Source of the DNA: a virus | Reading direction: 5' to 3' (one strand) | DNA: 64,000 nucleotides | IMG/VR virus record: IMGVR_UViG_3300025096_003363 | Span: 1-64,000 of that record | Shown: piece by piece, positions 48,041-57,753 of the stretch | Position numbering within the stretch: position 1 is the stretch's first letter | Layout of the letters: each line of letters begins with the position of its first letter | Notes under the pieces: model-generated | Seen by the model: only the letters and a program-made list of their open reading frames with translations | Told to the model about the DNA's origin: nothing | The model's database searches: none | Position numbers and translations under genes: made by a program

Positions 48041-49282
48041 ATGATATCACCGTCACCGTACCCACAGCCACATGTCGCTCCATTAACTCCACCCGGTGGT
48101 AGCTCTAGTTCTATACCTGGTCAAATGCCAGGCGTTCCTTTAAACAAACAAGAGGAGACGCCTCATGAAGCAAACCTTCCACGGTATGTAAATTACCTAG
48201 CAGATTACTCAGGTTGTGGTCATTGGAGAATTCTTTGGCCGGAGGCAACTATTAACGCTAGAGGTGACGGCATGTCACAATCAACAACTGCTATGGTTGC
48301 TGATCCAAGATGGTATCAAAATGTAACGGCTGTAAAGTTACAGCGACAAGCGTCTTCAGCACAAGTAGAATTCGTTAAGTACTTAAAACAAATTCAACAG
48401 GAACATGGATTTAAACTAATGTATGAAGTTGATGATGTTGTGTTTAAGGAAGTAATTCCAGATTATAATAAGTTTAAATTTGCATTTGATACGGAAGAAA
48501 TTCGAGAAAATTGTATCGAAATTATTAACTTAGTTGATGAAGTAACAGTCACATGTGACTTTATGAGAAGGCTTTATCAAGAAAAAACCGATCAGAAAAA
48601 TATTACAGTTATTCCAAACTTTATTCCAAATGGTTGGATGGGTCAACTTTTCAATCCTAGAGATATAGAAAGAAATTACGAGGCAAATAAAAGAAAGCCA
48701 CGTATTCTATATACAGGCTCCGGAGCACACTACGATGTAGAAAATAAAACAGGCGGTAAGGACGATATGTATGAAGTGCGCGATTTTATAAGAAAGACTG
48801 TCGATAAATATCAGTGGATTTTTGTTGGGGCCTTTCCTCCACAACTTGCTGATTTAGTTGAGCAACAAAAGATTGAATTTTACCAGTGGCAAACATTATT
48901 AAAATATCCATACTTTGTTAGCAGCTTAAGAGCTCAATTAATGGTTGCGCCACTTCAAGTTAACGATTTTAATAGAGCTAAATCTGATATCAAATATATT
49001 GAAGGATGTATACTCGGTATACCATGCCTGTGTCAGGATATGGATACGTATGCTGCAGCGCCTGATAACCTCAAATTTAGTTCTGTAGAAGAGTTTGAAG
49101 ATAAAATTAATCGCATCCTAAACCCGAAAAAGAAGAACAAATATTTTCAAAATGTTCATAAGCTTAGAAGAATAGGTGAACAGCGAATTCTTGAACTAGA
49201 TGAAAATATTGGCGCGCATCTTGAAGCGCTAAATACACCGTACGGTAGTTCTGAAAGACGGTTCCTTAGAGAGTGGAATTAG
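48041..49282 (+). CDS. GT-B fold glycosyltransferase within the replication module
   Basis: SGCGHWRI..P, QRQ, YEVDD, VTVT, VIPN and APLQVNDFNRAKSDIKYIE motifs. Confidence 0.8.
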   Translation: MISPSPYPQPHVAPLTPPGGSSSSIPGQMPGVPLNKQEETPHEANLPRYVNYLADYSGCGHWRILWPEATINARGDGMSQSTTAMVADPRWYQNVTAVKLQRQASSAQVEFVKYLKQIQQEHGFKLMYEVDDVVFKEVIPDYNKFKFAFDTEEIRENCIEIINLVDEVTVTCDFMRRLYQEKTDQKNITVIPNFIPNGWMGQLFNPRDIERNYEANKRKPRILYTGSGAHYDVENKTGGKDDMYEVRDFIRKTVDKYQWIFVGAFPPQLADLVEQQKIEFYQWQTLLKYPYFVSSLRAQLMVAPLQVNDFNRAKSDIKYIEGCILGIPCLCQDMDTYAAAPDNLKFSSVEEFEDKINRILNPKKKNKYFQNVHKLRRIGEQRILELDENIGAHLEALNTPYGSSERRFLREWN

Positions 49283-49308
49283 GAACTATACTACTATAAT
49301 AGTAGTAG

Positions 49309-51882
49309 ATGTCATATCGTAATGTTGTTTACAACGGTAGAAACCGTTGTGTTAATTTATTTACCTGGGATAAAGATGGTAAGCGTGTAATGAATGAGTG
49401 CTCGTTCGAACCTTATCTCTATATTGAAAGTGCTGTAGGTGATAAGACATCTATTTACGGTACAAAAGTTAAGAAGCGTAAATTTAATACAAGCTTTGAT
49501 CGATCTAGATTTGTTCGCGACTCAAACATAAAGCGAGTGTTTGAAAATATGCCTCCAGCGCAACAATTTTTACTCGATATGTATTGGCAGGAAAATGAGA
49601 CTCCTGAATTTAGCACGCACCCATTAAAGACATGTTTGTTAGATATTGAGACATACTCTCCGGACTCCTTTCCGGATACAGAAGACCCTACACATGTTGT
49701 AAACGTCATAACATGCTATGATAACTTTACAGAACAGTTTCACACCTTCGGTATTAAGCCCTATAACGGTAAAGGTAGATCAGACCTGAATTATGTTTAC
49801 TGTAAAGATGAGCGAGAGATGTTTATTAAATTTATTGAATATCTTGAAAACGATTATCCTGACATTTTAAGTGGTTGGAATTCAGAGTTTTTTGATATAC
49901 CTTACATTATTAATAGAATTGAGCGAATACTCGGTCAAGATTATGTAGATAGACTATCACCGCTAGGTAGAGTACATTTTCGAGCTGTTAAAGGTAAGTT
50001 TGGTAGAGATCTCAAAAGGTATTATCTTGATGGTATTGCGTGTTTAGATTATCTAGATGTATACAGGAGGTTTTGTTTAAAGCTTCGTGAGTCATATAAA
50101 CTTGATGCAATTGGTGAGGTTGAATTAGGCGAACGAAAGATTGATTACGGGGATACAAATCTTGCAACCCTATCTGATGAAGACTGGGACACATTTATTG
50201 ACTACAACATTCAGGACGTTAATCTTCTTGTTAGGTTAGAACAAAAGCTACAATATGTCCCGTTATTGAGAATGCTCTCATATGTTGGACTGACTACTCT
50301 AGAAGGGGCAATGGGTACCATTCAAGGGATTAATGGAGCTCTCTGTATTAAGGCTAGGCACCGAGGTGAGATTATTTCAACATTTGTACGAAATGCTGAT
50401 ACAGGTAAAAATCCTGGTGCTTATGTTGCAGAACCTAAACAAGGATTTAAAAATCATGTTGTTTCGTTTGACGCTAATTCACTATATCCAAATGTAATGA
50501 TATCTCTTAACACTTCACCTGAAACAAAAGTAGGTAAAGTGGAAACAACTGATAATAAAATTATTATTCGACATGTCACTGGTAAAGTGTTTGAACTCGA
50601 TAGACCGGCTTTTGCGAAGTTCCTTAAAGATGAGGAATGCGCCTTATCAAAAGCCGGGATTTTATTTACGCAAAAGAAAAAAGGTATTATACCGGAGTTC
50701 TTAGAGTACTACTACAATCAACGCGTAAAAATTAAGAAAGATCTCTTTAAAGCTAAAACCAAGCTTAAAAAGCTTAAAAAAGATACTCCGGAGTATACAG
50801 ATGCTAAGTACGAGGTCGAACGACTTAATACATCTCAGATGGTTATCAAGATTCTTATTAACTCGTGTTATGGTTATATGGGTAATAAAAACGCTCCTAT
50901 TGGAGATGATGATATCGCATCATCGGTGACATTAACAGGTCAAGCAGTAATTAAGTTTTCGAATGAGCTTATTAAAGAGTTTATTAAAAAGGAAATACCC
51001 ACAATTACCGACCATGAATTAGAACAATGCATTGTATACAATGATACCGATTCATCATATGTTTCTATTACACCGCTTGTAGATAAAGGTCTAAAGTTTT
51101 TAGATGGTGATGATATACATCAAGATACACATGACAAAATTCAAGAGATTGAAAATTATCTAAATACCGGTGTTGAGAGCTGGGCTAAAAAATCTCTACT
51201 GTCAAAGGATAGCCGGTTTGTGTTTAAGCGAGAGTGTATTGCAGATGTAGGTGTATTTTTACAAAAGAAAAGATATGTAATGCATATTCTCGATGATGAA
51301 GGTATTAAGGAAAATAAATTTAAATATACAGGTGTTGAGGTGGTACGTACAACAATGCCTAATGCTATTAAGCCATATGCAAAAAAGATTATTGAAACAA
51401 TGTTAAGTACACAGTCTTTAACTAAGACAAATAAAGTGCTTAATAAAACATATGATATTTTTAAGGAACTAAGTCCAGAAGAACTTGCGTTTGTTATGGG
51501 TGTTAAAGGATATGAAAAATATGCGGTTGCTTGTAATGAATTTAATACAGTTAAAAGTATGCCTATTCATGTTAAGTCTGCATATTTTTATAACTTACTT
51601 TTAGATAAACTTAATACTGGCAACAAGTACGAATCATTAGGTTCTGGTGATAAGGTTCGTTATATGTACGTGGAGACACCAAATAAGTATGGGCTAAATA
51701 GTATTGGATTTAAATATAATTACCCTTCCGAGTTTAAAGATACTTTTAAAATTGATTATGACAAAATGTTTGAAAAGATTTTATTTCAAGGCATTCAGAG
51801 ATTTTATGATTGTGTGGGTTGGAATATTCGTAAGCCGGCTGAGAATGTTACAGTAGAACTTTTTGACTTGTTTAGTAAATAA
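49309..51882 (+). CDS. gp43: Family B DNA polymerase
   Basis: DIET, GWNSEFFDIPY, YNIQDV, SFDANSLYP, KILINSCYG, YNDTDS and KKRY motifs; no intein or intron seen. Confidence 0.97.
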   Translation: MSYRNVVYNGRNRCVNLFTWDKDGKRVMNECSFEPYLYIESAVGDKTSIYGTKVKKRKFNTSFDRSRFVRDSNIKRVFENMPPAQQFLLDMYWQENETPEFSTHPLKTCLLDIETYSPDSFPDTEDPTHVVNVITCYDNFTEQFHTFGIKPYNGKGRSDLNYVYCKDEREMFIKFIEYLENDYPDILSGWNSEFFDIPYIINRIERILGQDYVDRLSPLGRVHFRAVKGKFGRDLKRYYLDGIACLDYLDVYRRFCLKLRESYKLDAIGEVELGERKIDYGDTNLATLSDEDWDTFIDYNIQDVNLLVRLEQKLQYVPLLRMLSYVGLTTLEGAMGTIQGINGALCIKARHRGEIISTFVRNADTGKNPGAYVAEPKQGFKNHVVSFDANSLYPNVMISLNTSPETKVGKVETTDNKIIIRHVTGKVFELDRPAFAKFLKDEECALSKAGILFTQKKKGIIPEFLEYYYNQRVKIKKDLFKAKTKLKKLKKDTPEYTDAKYEVERLNTSQMVIKILINSCYGYMGNKNAPIGDDDIASSVTLTGQAVIKFSNELIKEFIKKEIPTITDHELEQCIVYNDTDSSYVSITPLVDKGLKFLDGDDIHQDTHDKIQEIENYLNTGVESWAKKSLLSKDSRFVFKRECIADVGVFLQKKRYVMHILDDEGIKENKFKYTGVEVVRTTMPNAIKPYAKKIIETMLSTQSLTKTNKVLNKTYDIFKELSPEELAFVMGVKGYEKYAVACNEFNTVKSMPIHVKSAYFYNLLLDKLNTGNKYESLGSGDKVRYMYVETPNKYGLNSIGFKYNYPSEFKDTFKIDYDKMFEKILFQGIQRFYDCVGWNIRKPAENVTVELFDLFSK

Positions 51883-51889
51883 GATTACT

Positions 51890-52207
51890 ATGGCAGTACA
51901 ACCCGGCGGATATTTAGATAGACCAGAAGACGATAATACTCATAACGCACACCCGGCGTGGAAGAGAGGAAAGATCGCTGGTATTTTAGAAACTTTAGCT
52001 ATTCTAAAGGAGATTATTACAGGAGCAGATAATGGCACCGGAACTATTAACTCCACGGAGATTGAAAAAATTAGAAGATCAGTTTTTATAATGAGAGATG
52101 CTCTTACTCATGCATCTGATAAATCAACATATCTCTCGAAACAAGCGAAAGAAGCGCTTGACGAGGCAATTAAGGTGGCAAGTACTTTAGTTTATCAAAA
52201 AAAATAG
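51890..52207 (+). CDS. Hypothetical protein
   Basis: ATG at 51890, 8 nt after TAAATA. Confidence 0.65.
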   Translation: MAVQPGGYLDRPEDDNTHNAHPAWKRGKIAGILETLAILKEIITGADNGTGTINSTEIEKIRRSVFIMRDALTHASDKSTYLSKQAKEALDEAIKVASTLVYQKK

Positions 52208-52241
52208 TGGACTATTACCAAATTTAATTTAATATATTATT

Positions 52242-52598
52242 ATGGCAGACAAAAAACCAATTAAGACAATTATTGATCACATCGGCCGGACTGTCGTAGG
52301 TTCAGTCACAAAAGAGGATACTAAGAACATTACTCTTTTTAACCCTGTGATTATTCACGTACAACCAGACTCCCAATCCGGTCAATTACAAGTACAATCG
52401 TTTCCGTATATCTTTATGGAGTTCCTAAAGGATAAGGACAAGAACAACTGGACCTTTAATAAGGCAGCCATTAGTACGTCTGATGTTGAGCTAGACGAGA
52501 GAATCATTACTCAGTACGAAAATATCAATAATCCTCAGCCGCCTATTCAAGAAACTTCAGCAGAAGAGCCAGAAGTAATTAAGCTCTTTGATGATTAA
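52242..52598 (+). CDS. Hypothetical protein (Sm-like beta pattern)
   Basis: 118-aa ORF directly before hsp20. Confidence 0.65.
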   Translation: MADKKPIKTIIDHIGRTVVGSVTKEDTKNITLFNPVIIHVQPDSQSGQLQVQSFPYIFMEFLKDKDKNNWTFNKAAISTSDVELDERIITQYENINNPQPPIQETSAEEPEVIKLFDD

Positions 52599-52635
52599 TT
52601 GCTAAAATACGCATTGTGTAATAAATAATTTTACT

Positions 52636-53046
52636 ATGAAACTAACTAAGTACACACACAACCCAATCGCAGAAATCGAAAGAGCCTTTGATGGTTTTTT
52701 CAATCTGACACCAGTCTTCCACCAGTTGGAAGAAGTATATAAAACAGGAGATCAAGTTCGATTTGCATCGGATGAAGATGCACTAAGCGTGCAAATTGAT
52801 CTGCCAGGAGTCACAAAAGAGAATTTAGATCTTTCTACTGACACCGATCAACGCGAGGTCTATATTAAGGCAAAGCGTCAAGTAAAAGCCCATGACGGGG
52901 AAAAGGAACAAACCTATAATAGGTCGTTCTCAGTTGGAAGAGAGTTTGATCTTAACAAGATTGATTTCACTTATGTCAATGGAGTCCTTGAGGTCGATGT
53001 ACCTCGTAGGAAGAAAGAAGAATATATTAAAACATATAAAGTTTAA
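52636..53046 (+). CDS. Small heat-shock protein Hsp20
   Basis: IDLPGVTKE, YNRSF and YVNGVLEVDVP alpha-crystallin motifs. Confidence 0.9.
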   Translation: MKLTKYTHNPIAEIERAFDGFFNLTPVFHQLEEVYKTGDQVRFASDEDALSVQIDLPGVTKENLDLSTDTDQREVYIKAKRQVKAHDGEKEQTYNRSFSVGREFDLNKIDFTYVNGVLEVDVPRRKKEEYIKTYKV

Positions 53047-53075
53047 CAATTAAATGGGCTTAGCTAGCCCAACCC

Positions 53076-53242
53076 GGGTGTGCCTGAATAAACATTTTAA
53101 GCAAGAGTGTTAAGGGGGCTGCAACTTACATGGAGGGTCAACTGACTATTATGTGTAAGGGAACGGAGTACAAGTAGGGAAAAAGATGAAACTGCATCTT
53201 GCCCACCCGAAAGTTGGAGGTAACCAGAAAATCCTCTCACCC
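53076..53242 (+). ncRNA. Candidate structured non-coding RNA (multi-stem)
   Basis: Closing stem GGGTG/CACCC encloses four hairpins. G-U pairs favour the + strand. No plausible ORF; followed by a terminator. Confidence 0.6.
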
Positions 53243-53251
53243 ACCTTTTTT

Positions 53252-53277
53252 AAAAGCCCCGAAAGGGGCTTTTTTTA
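53252..53277 (+). terminator. Rho-independent terminator
   Basis: AAAAGCCCC-GAAA-GGGGCTTTTTTT. Confidence 0.93.
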
Positions 53278-53305
53278 TTGAATTTAAGGACGTATATTAT
53301 ATAAT
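53278..53305 (+). promoter_or_regulatory. Sigma70-type promoter of uvsX
   Basis: TTGAAT-N16-TATAAT, 7 nt before the ATG at 53313. Confidence 0.7.
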
Positions 53306-53312
53306 ACTTTAT

Positions 53313-54449
53313 ATGGATAAAGATATTACTAGTGCATTGGATGCTATTGATAAAGTAAACCCCTTCGCAACTTATTTAGATAACAATTCACTCAGTCACG
53401 TTGGATCATGGATTGATACAGGATCTTATGTGCTAAACGCAATTATTTCCGGTTCAATTCACGGCGGAATACCTAAAGGTAGAGTAACAGTACTTGCCGG
53501 TGAGTCGATGACAGGTAAGTCGCTTTTTGTCCAAAAAATTCTAGCCAAGGCCCAGGAGGACGGGCTCGTCCCTGTTATCTTTGATACTGAAAATGCTATT
53601 GACCCGGAAGGAGCTGCAAGATTAGGGCTAGATATTAGCAAAGTTAAATATGTTCCTTGTACTAGTATTGAACAAACTCGTAATTCACTGTATAAGTTTC
53701 TTATGGTGGTAAAAGAAAAGGGACTAGAGGGTAAGTTTATTGTAGCTATTGACTCACTAGCTAATCTTCAATCAGAGCTTGAACTGTCGCGGATGAGTAA
53801 AGACAGTGTTAGTTCAGATATGGGTACAAAAGCGCGCGCAATGAAGACATTAATGCAAACTTGTACAAATTTAGGGTCAGTTACACAAACCACTATCCTA
53901 TGTACTAATCATGTCTATGATGACCCAACAGCTCTGTTTCCTTCTATTGAAAAAAATATGCCAGGTGGTAAATCATGCATTTATCTTCCATCAGTAACAG
54001 TTCAACTAGCACGCAAGCCAATGAAATCAGATGGCGGTAAGACTGTTGATGGGGAATTGGCAGTTGGTCAGAAAAAATACGCTGGAATTATTATTAGAGC
54101 CCTTACGCGTAAAAATAGATTTATTAAACAGTACCTTGAAGGTGAAATATACCTTTCATTTGCTTCTGGACTTGATCGCTACTATGGATTAGTTGATCTG
54201 GCCGTTGGTGTTGGTGCAGTAGTTCAAACTGGAGCAACTTATCAGCTTGAAGATGGTACTAAGCTAGGCTATTATAAGAATTGGAGGAAGGATGTTAAAC
54301 TTTGGGAAGAGACTATTCTTCCAAAACTTGAAGAACGAATTAAAGATGAGTGGTCTTATAGTAATAAAGAAGAAGAGCCACCTGATGAATTAGGTTTAGA
54401 TGGTTTAGATGATTTAATTAATGAAAAAGAAACTAGTACTGACTCTTAG
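53313..54449 (+). CDS. uvsX: RecA-like recombinase UvsX
   Basis: IDTGSYVLN, AGESMTGKS, FDTENA, IDSL, NHVY and GG motifs. Start corrected to 53313 because the longer ORF runs through the terminator. Confidence 0.93.
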   Translation: MDKDITSALDAIDKVNPFATYLDNNSLSHVGSWIDTGSYVLNAIISGSIHGGIPKGRVTVLAGESMTGKSLFVQKILAKAQEDGLVPVIFDTENAIDPEGAARLGLDISKVKYVPCTSIEQTRNSLYKFLMVVKEKGLEGKFIVAIDSLANLQSELELSRMSKDSVSSDMGTKARAMKTLMQTCTNLGSVTQTTILCTNHVYDDPTALFPSIEKNMPGGKSCIYLPSVTVQLARKPMKSDGGKTVDGELAVGQKKYAGIIIRALTRKNRFIKQYLEGEIYLSFASGLDRYYGLVDLAVGVGAVVQTGATYQLEDGTKLGYYKNWRKDVKLWEETILPKLEERIKDEWSYSNKEEEPPDELGLDGLDDLINEKETSTDS

Positions 54450-55179
54450 TGGGGGAATGGACTCATCTGTGCTGTTGTATATGGCACAAGATAGAGGCTA
54501 TGATCATATACATACCATAACCTTTGACTATGGTCAAAGGCATAAACAAGAACTCGCTTGTGTTAAAAAACAAATTAATAATTTTAATAACATGTTTAGC
54601 GGGTGGTTTAATTTAAAGATTACTAATAAGGTCTTAGATGTAAAGTATATTAAAGACATTGCGCCTACCTCATCTTTAACTAATAAAGATATTGATAATC
54701 CTAATATTAGCGAGATGGCAGGTGATGCACAGCCTGTCTCATACGTACCGTTTCGGAATTTAATGTTTCTATCTATTTGCTCGTCATATGCTGAAAGTGT
54801 AGGTGCAGATACAGTATGGTATGGTGCTGCACAGGTTGATTCACTAGCTGGGTATTGGGACGGTAGTGAAGAGTTTGTTAATGTAGTTAATGAAGTAACA
54901 GATCTTAATAGAGAGAACAGAATTAACATTGAAGCACCGCTTCTTGACATGTCGAAGGCTGCAATTGTTAAAGAAGGAATTAGACTAGGAGTTACATATG
55001 GTGATACATGGACATGCTATTCGAATAGAGAAGATGGGCTAGCTGATGCCACAACTCCGTCAAGTAGTATGCGAATAACGGGGTTTATTGATGCTGGGTA
55101 TGAAGACCCTATTCAATATGTCCAACAGGAAAAGTTGGATGACCTATACAAAGAAAATAACTGCAAGGAGTGTGCTTAG
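54421..55179 (+). CDS. queC: 7-cyano-7-deazaguanine synthase, variant lacking the CxxCxxC motif
   Basis: LSGGMDS, FDYGQRH..EL, YVPFRN and TWTCY motifs. Confidence 0.9.
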   Translation: MKKKLVLTLSGGMDSSVLLYMAQDRGYDHIHTITFDYGQRHKQELACVKKQINNFNNMFSGWFNLKITNKVLDVKYIKDIAPTSSLTNKDIDNPNISEMAGDAQPVSYVPFRNLMFLSICSSYAESVGADTVWYGAAQVDSLAGYWDGSEEFVNVVNEVTDLNRENRINIEAPLLDMSKAAIVKEGIRLGVTYGDTWTCYSNREDGLADATTPSSSMRITGFIDAGYEDPIQYVQQEKLDDLYKENNCKECA

Positions 55180-56591
55180 AGACCGTAGCGTCTAAGCTCT
55201 TCTAGCTGCCAGTGTGTCTTAGGCTTGTATTTTTCCTTAAATGACTGACTTTTAACTTCAGTCAGTTTATTACGTTTGTCAGAAGCTACTTGCTCGTTAA
55301 TATAACGGGAAGTATCGGTTTGATGTGAGTCGAGCATTGGACTGTAACTAAAGTCCTCTTCTAGTGTCTCTTCATTCTCTCCATTTAATTTCTTTTTTGC
55401 ATGCTCTCTTTTATCATCATCGACAAGAGCATCTAAAACATCTTCGTAATCGGTTGAAGGGATATAATCCTCCGGCTGCTCTTTAGTTAAGAAATGATCA
55501 AGCTCTAAGCCACCAAATTCATCATCCTCTTCATCACTGACATTTGCTCTAAACTGACATCTTTTTTTAGCTAACTTTGATGGAGGCGATGCACAATACT
55601 GACTCATTGACTCACCAGCTGCTTTTGCGGCTCTAGTTAAAGCGCCTTCTGTCCCCTTCTTCTTCATACCCTTAACTGCACCCTGAATCCAATCTTCATT
55701 ATCTTCTGGTGTAGTAAGACCACCTCCCTCTTCACCCATTGAATACTCATCAGGCATACCCTCCGGTTCGTCTATTCCATAACCCACTTGCTCATCTTCG
55801 TCTGGAGCCATAACAACAACTACACTATCACTAATTTTATCAACGTCTCTCTTTAGCGCTGCTTCAATCTTATCAATACCGTGTGCTATAACTGCTTTAG
55901 CAAGCGGCGTTCCAGGGTCAACTGAAAACTGTACAGTATCATTACTAATATCTAAACCATCCTCATTAGCATACTTAGAAACGATATTACCGACATCTTC
56001 AACACGCTCAGCATCTCTAATTTTAATCTCAATAAAGGTAGTTGGATCTGCTTTTGAATCTTCTAAGCTTTGCGCTAATTCTTGTTCTGCGTCATCCAAC
56101 TGACCAACTGTATCTTCAACCGCGTCCCCTACATCTGCACCTGCTTTAATATCCTTTGCGAGCTCTATAGCAGCTTTTTGCGCCGCGTATTTTTCTTCTC
56201 TTCCTCTATTAGTAGTAGCTCTATTAATATACGTCGCGAGACCGTCTTTTATTGCATCAGCAATCTCATCTTTACTTTTTTCAATTTCTCTTTCCTTAGA
56301 ATCTAATAAAGCTAATAAGTTATTCTTTTTAGCAGAAAACCCTGTACCCCTTTTCGCAGCATTCAATTCTTCATCACTAATTACCTCGAGATCATATAAT
56401 ACCGTTCTAATAAAGTTAATTGTATCTAATGGTGCAGAACTAAACCCCGCAGATCTTAGCTCTCTTGTAACAGGACCGAAAGAAGGGTGATATTTTTCAT
56501 AAGGAGATTTTTTAGCTTCCTCGAGAAACTCTGACCTGTTGAATAAATCATTAAAGCCACTAAAATTGTCGGTGTAGTTAAAGGAACTCAT
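55176..56591 (-). CDS. Hypothetical acidic late protein, putative internal head protein
   Basis: 471 aa; TATAAATA 6 nt upstream; FLEE/A site near the N-terminus. Confidence 0.65.
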   Translation of the reverse strand: MSSFNYTDNFSGFNDLFNRSEFLEEAKKSPYEKYHPSFGPVTRELRSAGFSSAPLDTINFIRTVLYDLEVISDEELNAAKRGTGFSAKKNNLLALLDSKEREIEKSKDEIADAIKDGLATYINRATTNRGREEKYAAQKAAIELAKDIKAGADVGDAVEDTVGQLDDAEQELAQSLEDSKADPTTFIEIKIRDAERVEDVGNIVSKYANEDGLDISNDTVQFSVDPGTPLAKAVIAHGIDKIEAALKRDVDKISDSVVVVMAPDEDEQVGYGIDEPEGMPDEYSMGEEGGGLTTPEDNEDWIQGAVKGMKKKGTEGALTRAAKAAGESMSQYCASPPSKLAKKRCQFRANVSDEEDDEFGGLELDHFLTKEQPEDYIPSTDYEDVLDALVDDDKREHAKKKLNGENEETLEEDFSYSPMLDSHQTDTSRYINEQVASDKRNKLTEVKSQSFKEKYKPKTHWQLEELRRYGL

Positions 56592-56608
56592 TTAATATAT
56601 TTATATCT

Positions 56609-57061
56609 ATGAAGCTGAATTATAAGGATTTTAACAAAATGACTGAAAAAGAGCTGTGTAAACTACCAGGAGTAGGAAGAACCACAGCTAGACGTATTGT
56701 TGGATTTAGACCTTTTCGTCATAATGACGATTTATTTAAAGTAAAGGGACTAGGGAAAAAGACACTTAAAAATTTGGGAATTCAAAAAACCAAAAAGAAA
56801 AAGAAAAAATGGTATACCATCGATGGTGTCGATTACCCAGATTGTGCACTGGCTAGAGATACGAGATACGGTCACATTGATCTGTTTTGGAGAGTACCTA
56901 AAGAACACCGGGAAAGTATAGGTCCCCCATCCCCGTGGATACTCAGAAATCGTCGTATAGATGAAAAGACAAGGGCAGAAGGGCCTGATGGGCTTATGAG
57001 TAGGTACGTCGACAACTCTTTTATGTGGGAACCAGGGTTTAAATTTCCATGGGAAGATTGA
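56609..57061 (+). CDS. Helix-hairpin-helix (ComEA-like) DNA-binding protein
   Basis: LCKLPGVGRTTARRI and LFKVKGLGKKT tandem HhH motifs. Confidence 0.82.
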   Translation: MKLNYKDFNKMTEKELCKLPGVGRTTARRIVGFRPFRHNDDLFKVKGLGKKTLKNLGIQKTKKKKKKWYTIDGVDYPDCALARDTRYGHIDLFWRVPKEHRESIGPPSPWILRNRRIDEKTRAEGPDGLMSRYVDNSFMWEPGFKFPWED

Positions 57062-57090
57062 TTACCTCGTAAAATATATTAACATATGTT

Positions 57091-57753
57091 ATGTGCGCTA
57101 TTTTTGGATCGTTCGACAAAACAATGTTAGAGATTTTATACCAAGCTAATAAGGAGCGTGGTAATTTTGCTAGCAGCGTTGTATGCATATCAGATGATGA
57201 TCAATATATCTCTAAACATGAAGGTGATATAAATTTTGATAAGTTTAATTATGCTGGTAGGGAAAATATAGAATATCTTCTTGGGCATGTACAGGCACCT
57301 ACTTCCGCTAAAAGAACCTGGAACTACAACACATCTCACCCATTCGAATCTCTGACATGGCTGGTTAGTCATAATGGTGTTTTAACAAATGAGAAAAAAC
57401 TAAGAAGAAAACATACAAGATTTTTAGAAAATCCCGTTGATACAGCGGTAATAGTTGAACTATTAGAAAAATTTACTCAGGTAAATAAAAACCCAGTTAA
57501 TACCATAAAGCAAGTATTATCAATGTTAGAGGGGTCGTATGCTTTAAGTATGGTGCATTCTAATACTAACGATATCTATATAGCGAGAGTAGGGTCACTT
57601 CTTCACTATAATAATAAGGGCAACTACTCTACAATGATGGGATCCGGTTATAAAATATTACCTGAAGGAATTATAATGAAGTTAAATAAAAAAACAAAAC
57701 GATGGAATAAAGTAGGCACTTTTGAATCCAAGTCACCGTTTACATTTGTATGA
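57091..57753 (+). CDS. Class II (Ntn) glutamine amidotransferase domain, stand-alone
   Basis: MCAIFG (Cys2), RG, GH..APT, HPF, HNGVL and VDT motifs. Confidence 0.85.
   Translation: MCAIFGSFDKTMLEILYQANKERGNFASSVVCISDDDQYISKHEGDINFDKFNYAGRENIEYLLGHVQAPTSAKRTWNYNTSHPFESLTWLVSHNGVLTNEKKLRRKHTRFLENPVDTAVIVELLEKFTQVNKNPVNTIKQVLSMLEGSYALSMVHSNTNDIYIARVGSLLHYNNKGNYSTMMGSGYKILPEGIIMKLNKKTKRWNKVGTFESKSPFTFV

Noticed and set aside
53199-53312. N-terminal extension of UvsX in the ORF track
   Set aside because: It runs through the structured RNA, terminator and promoter; the real start is most likely 53313.
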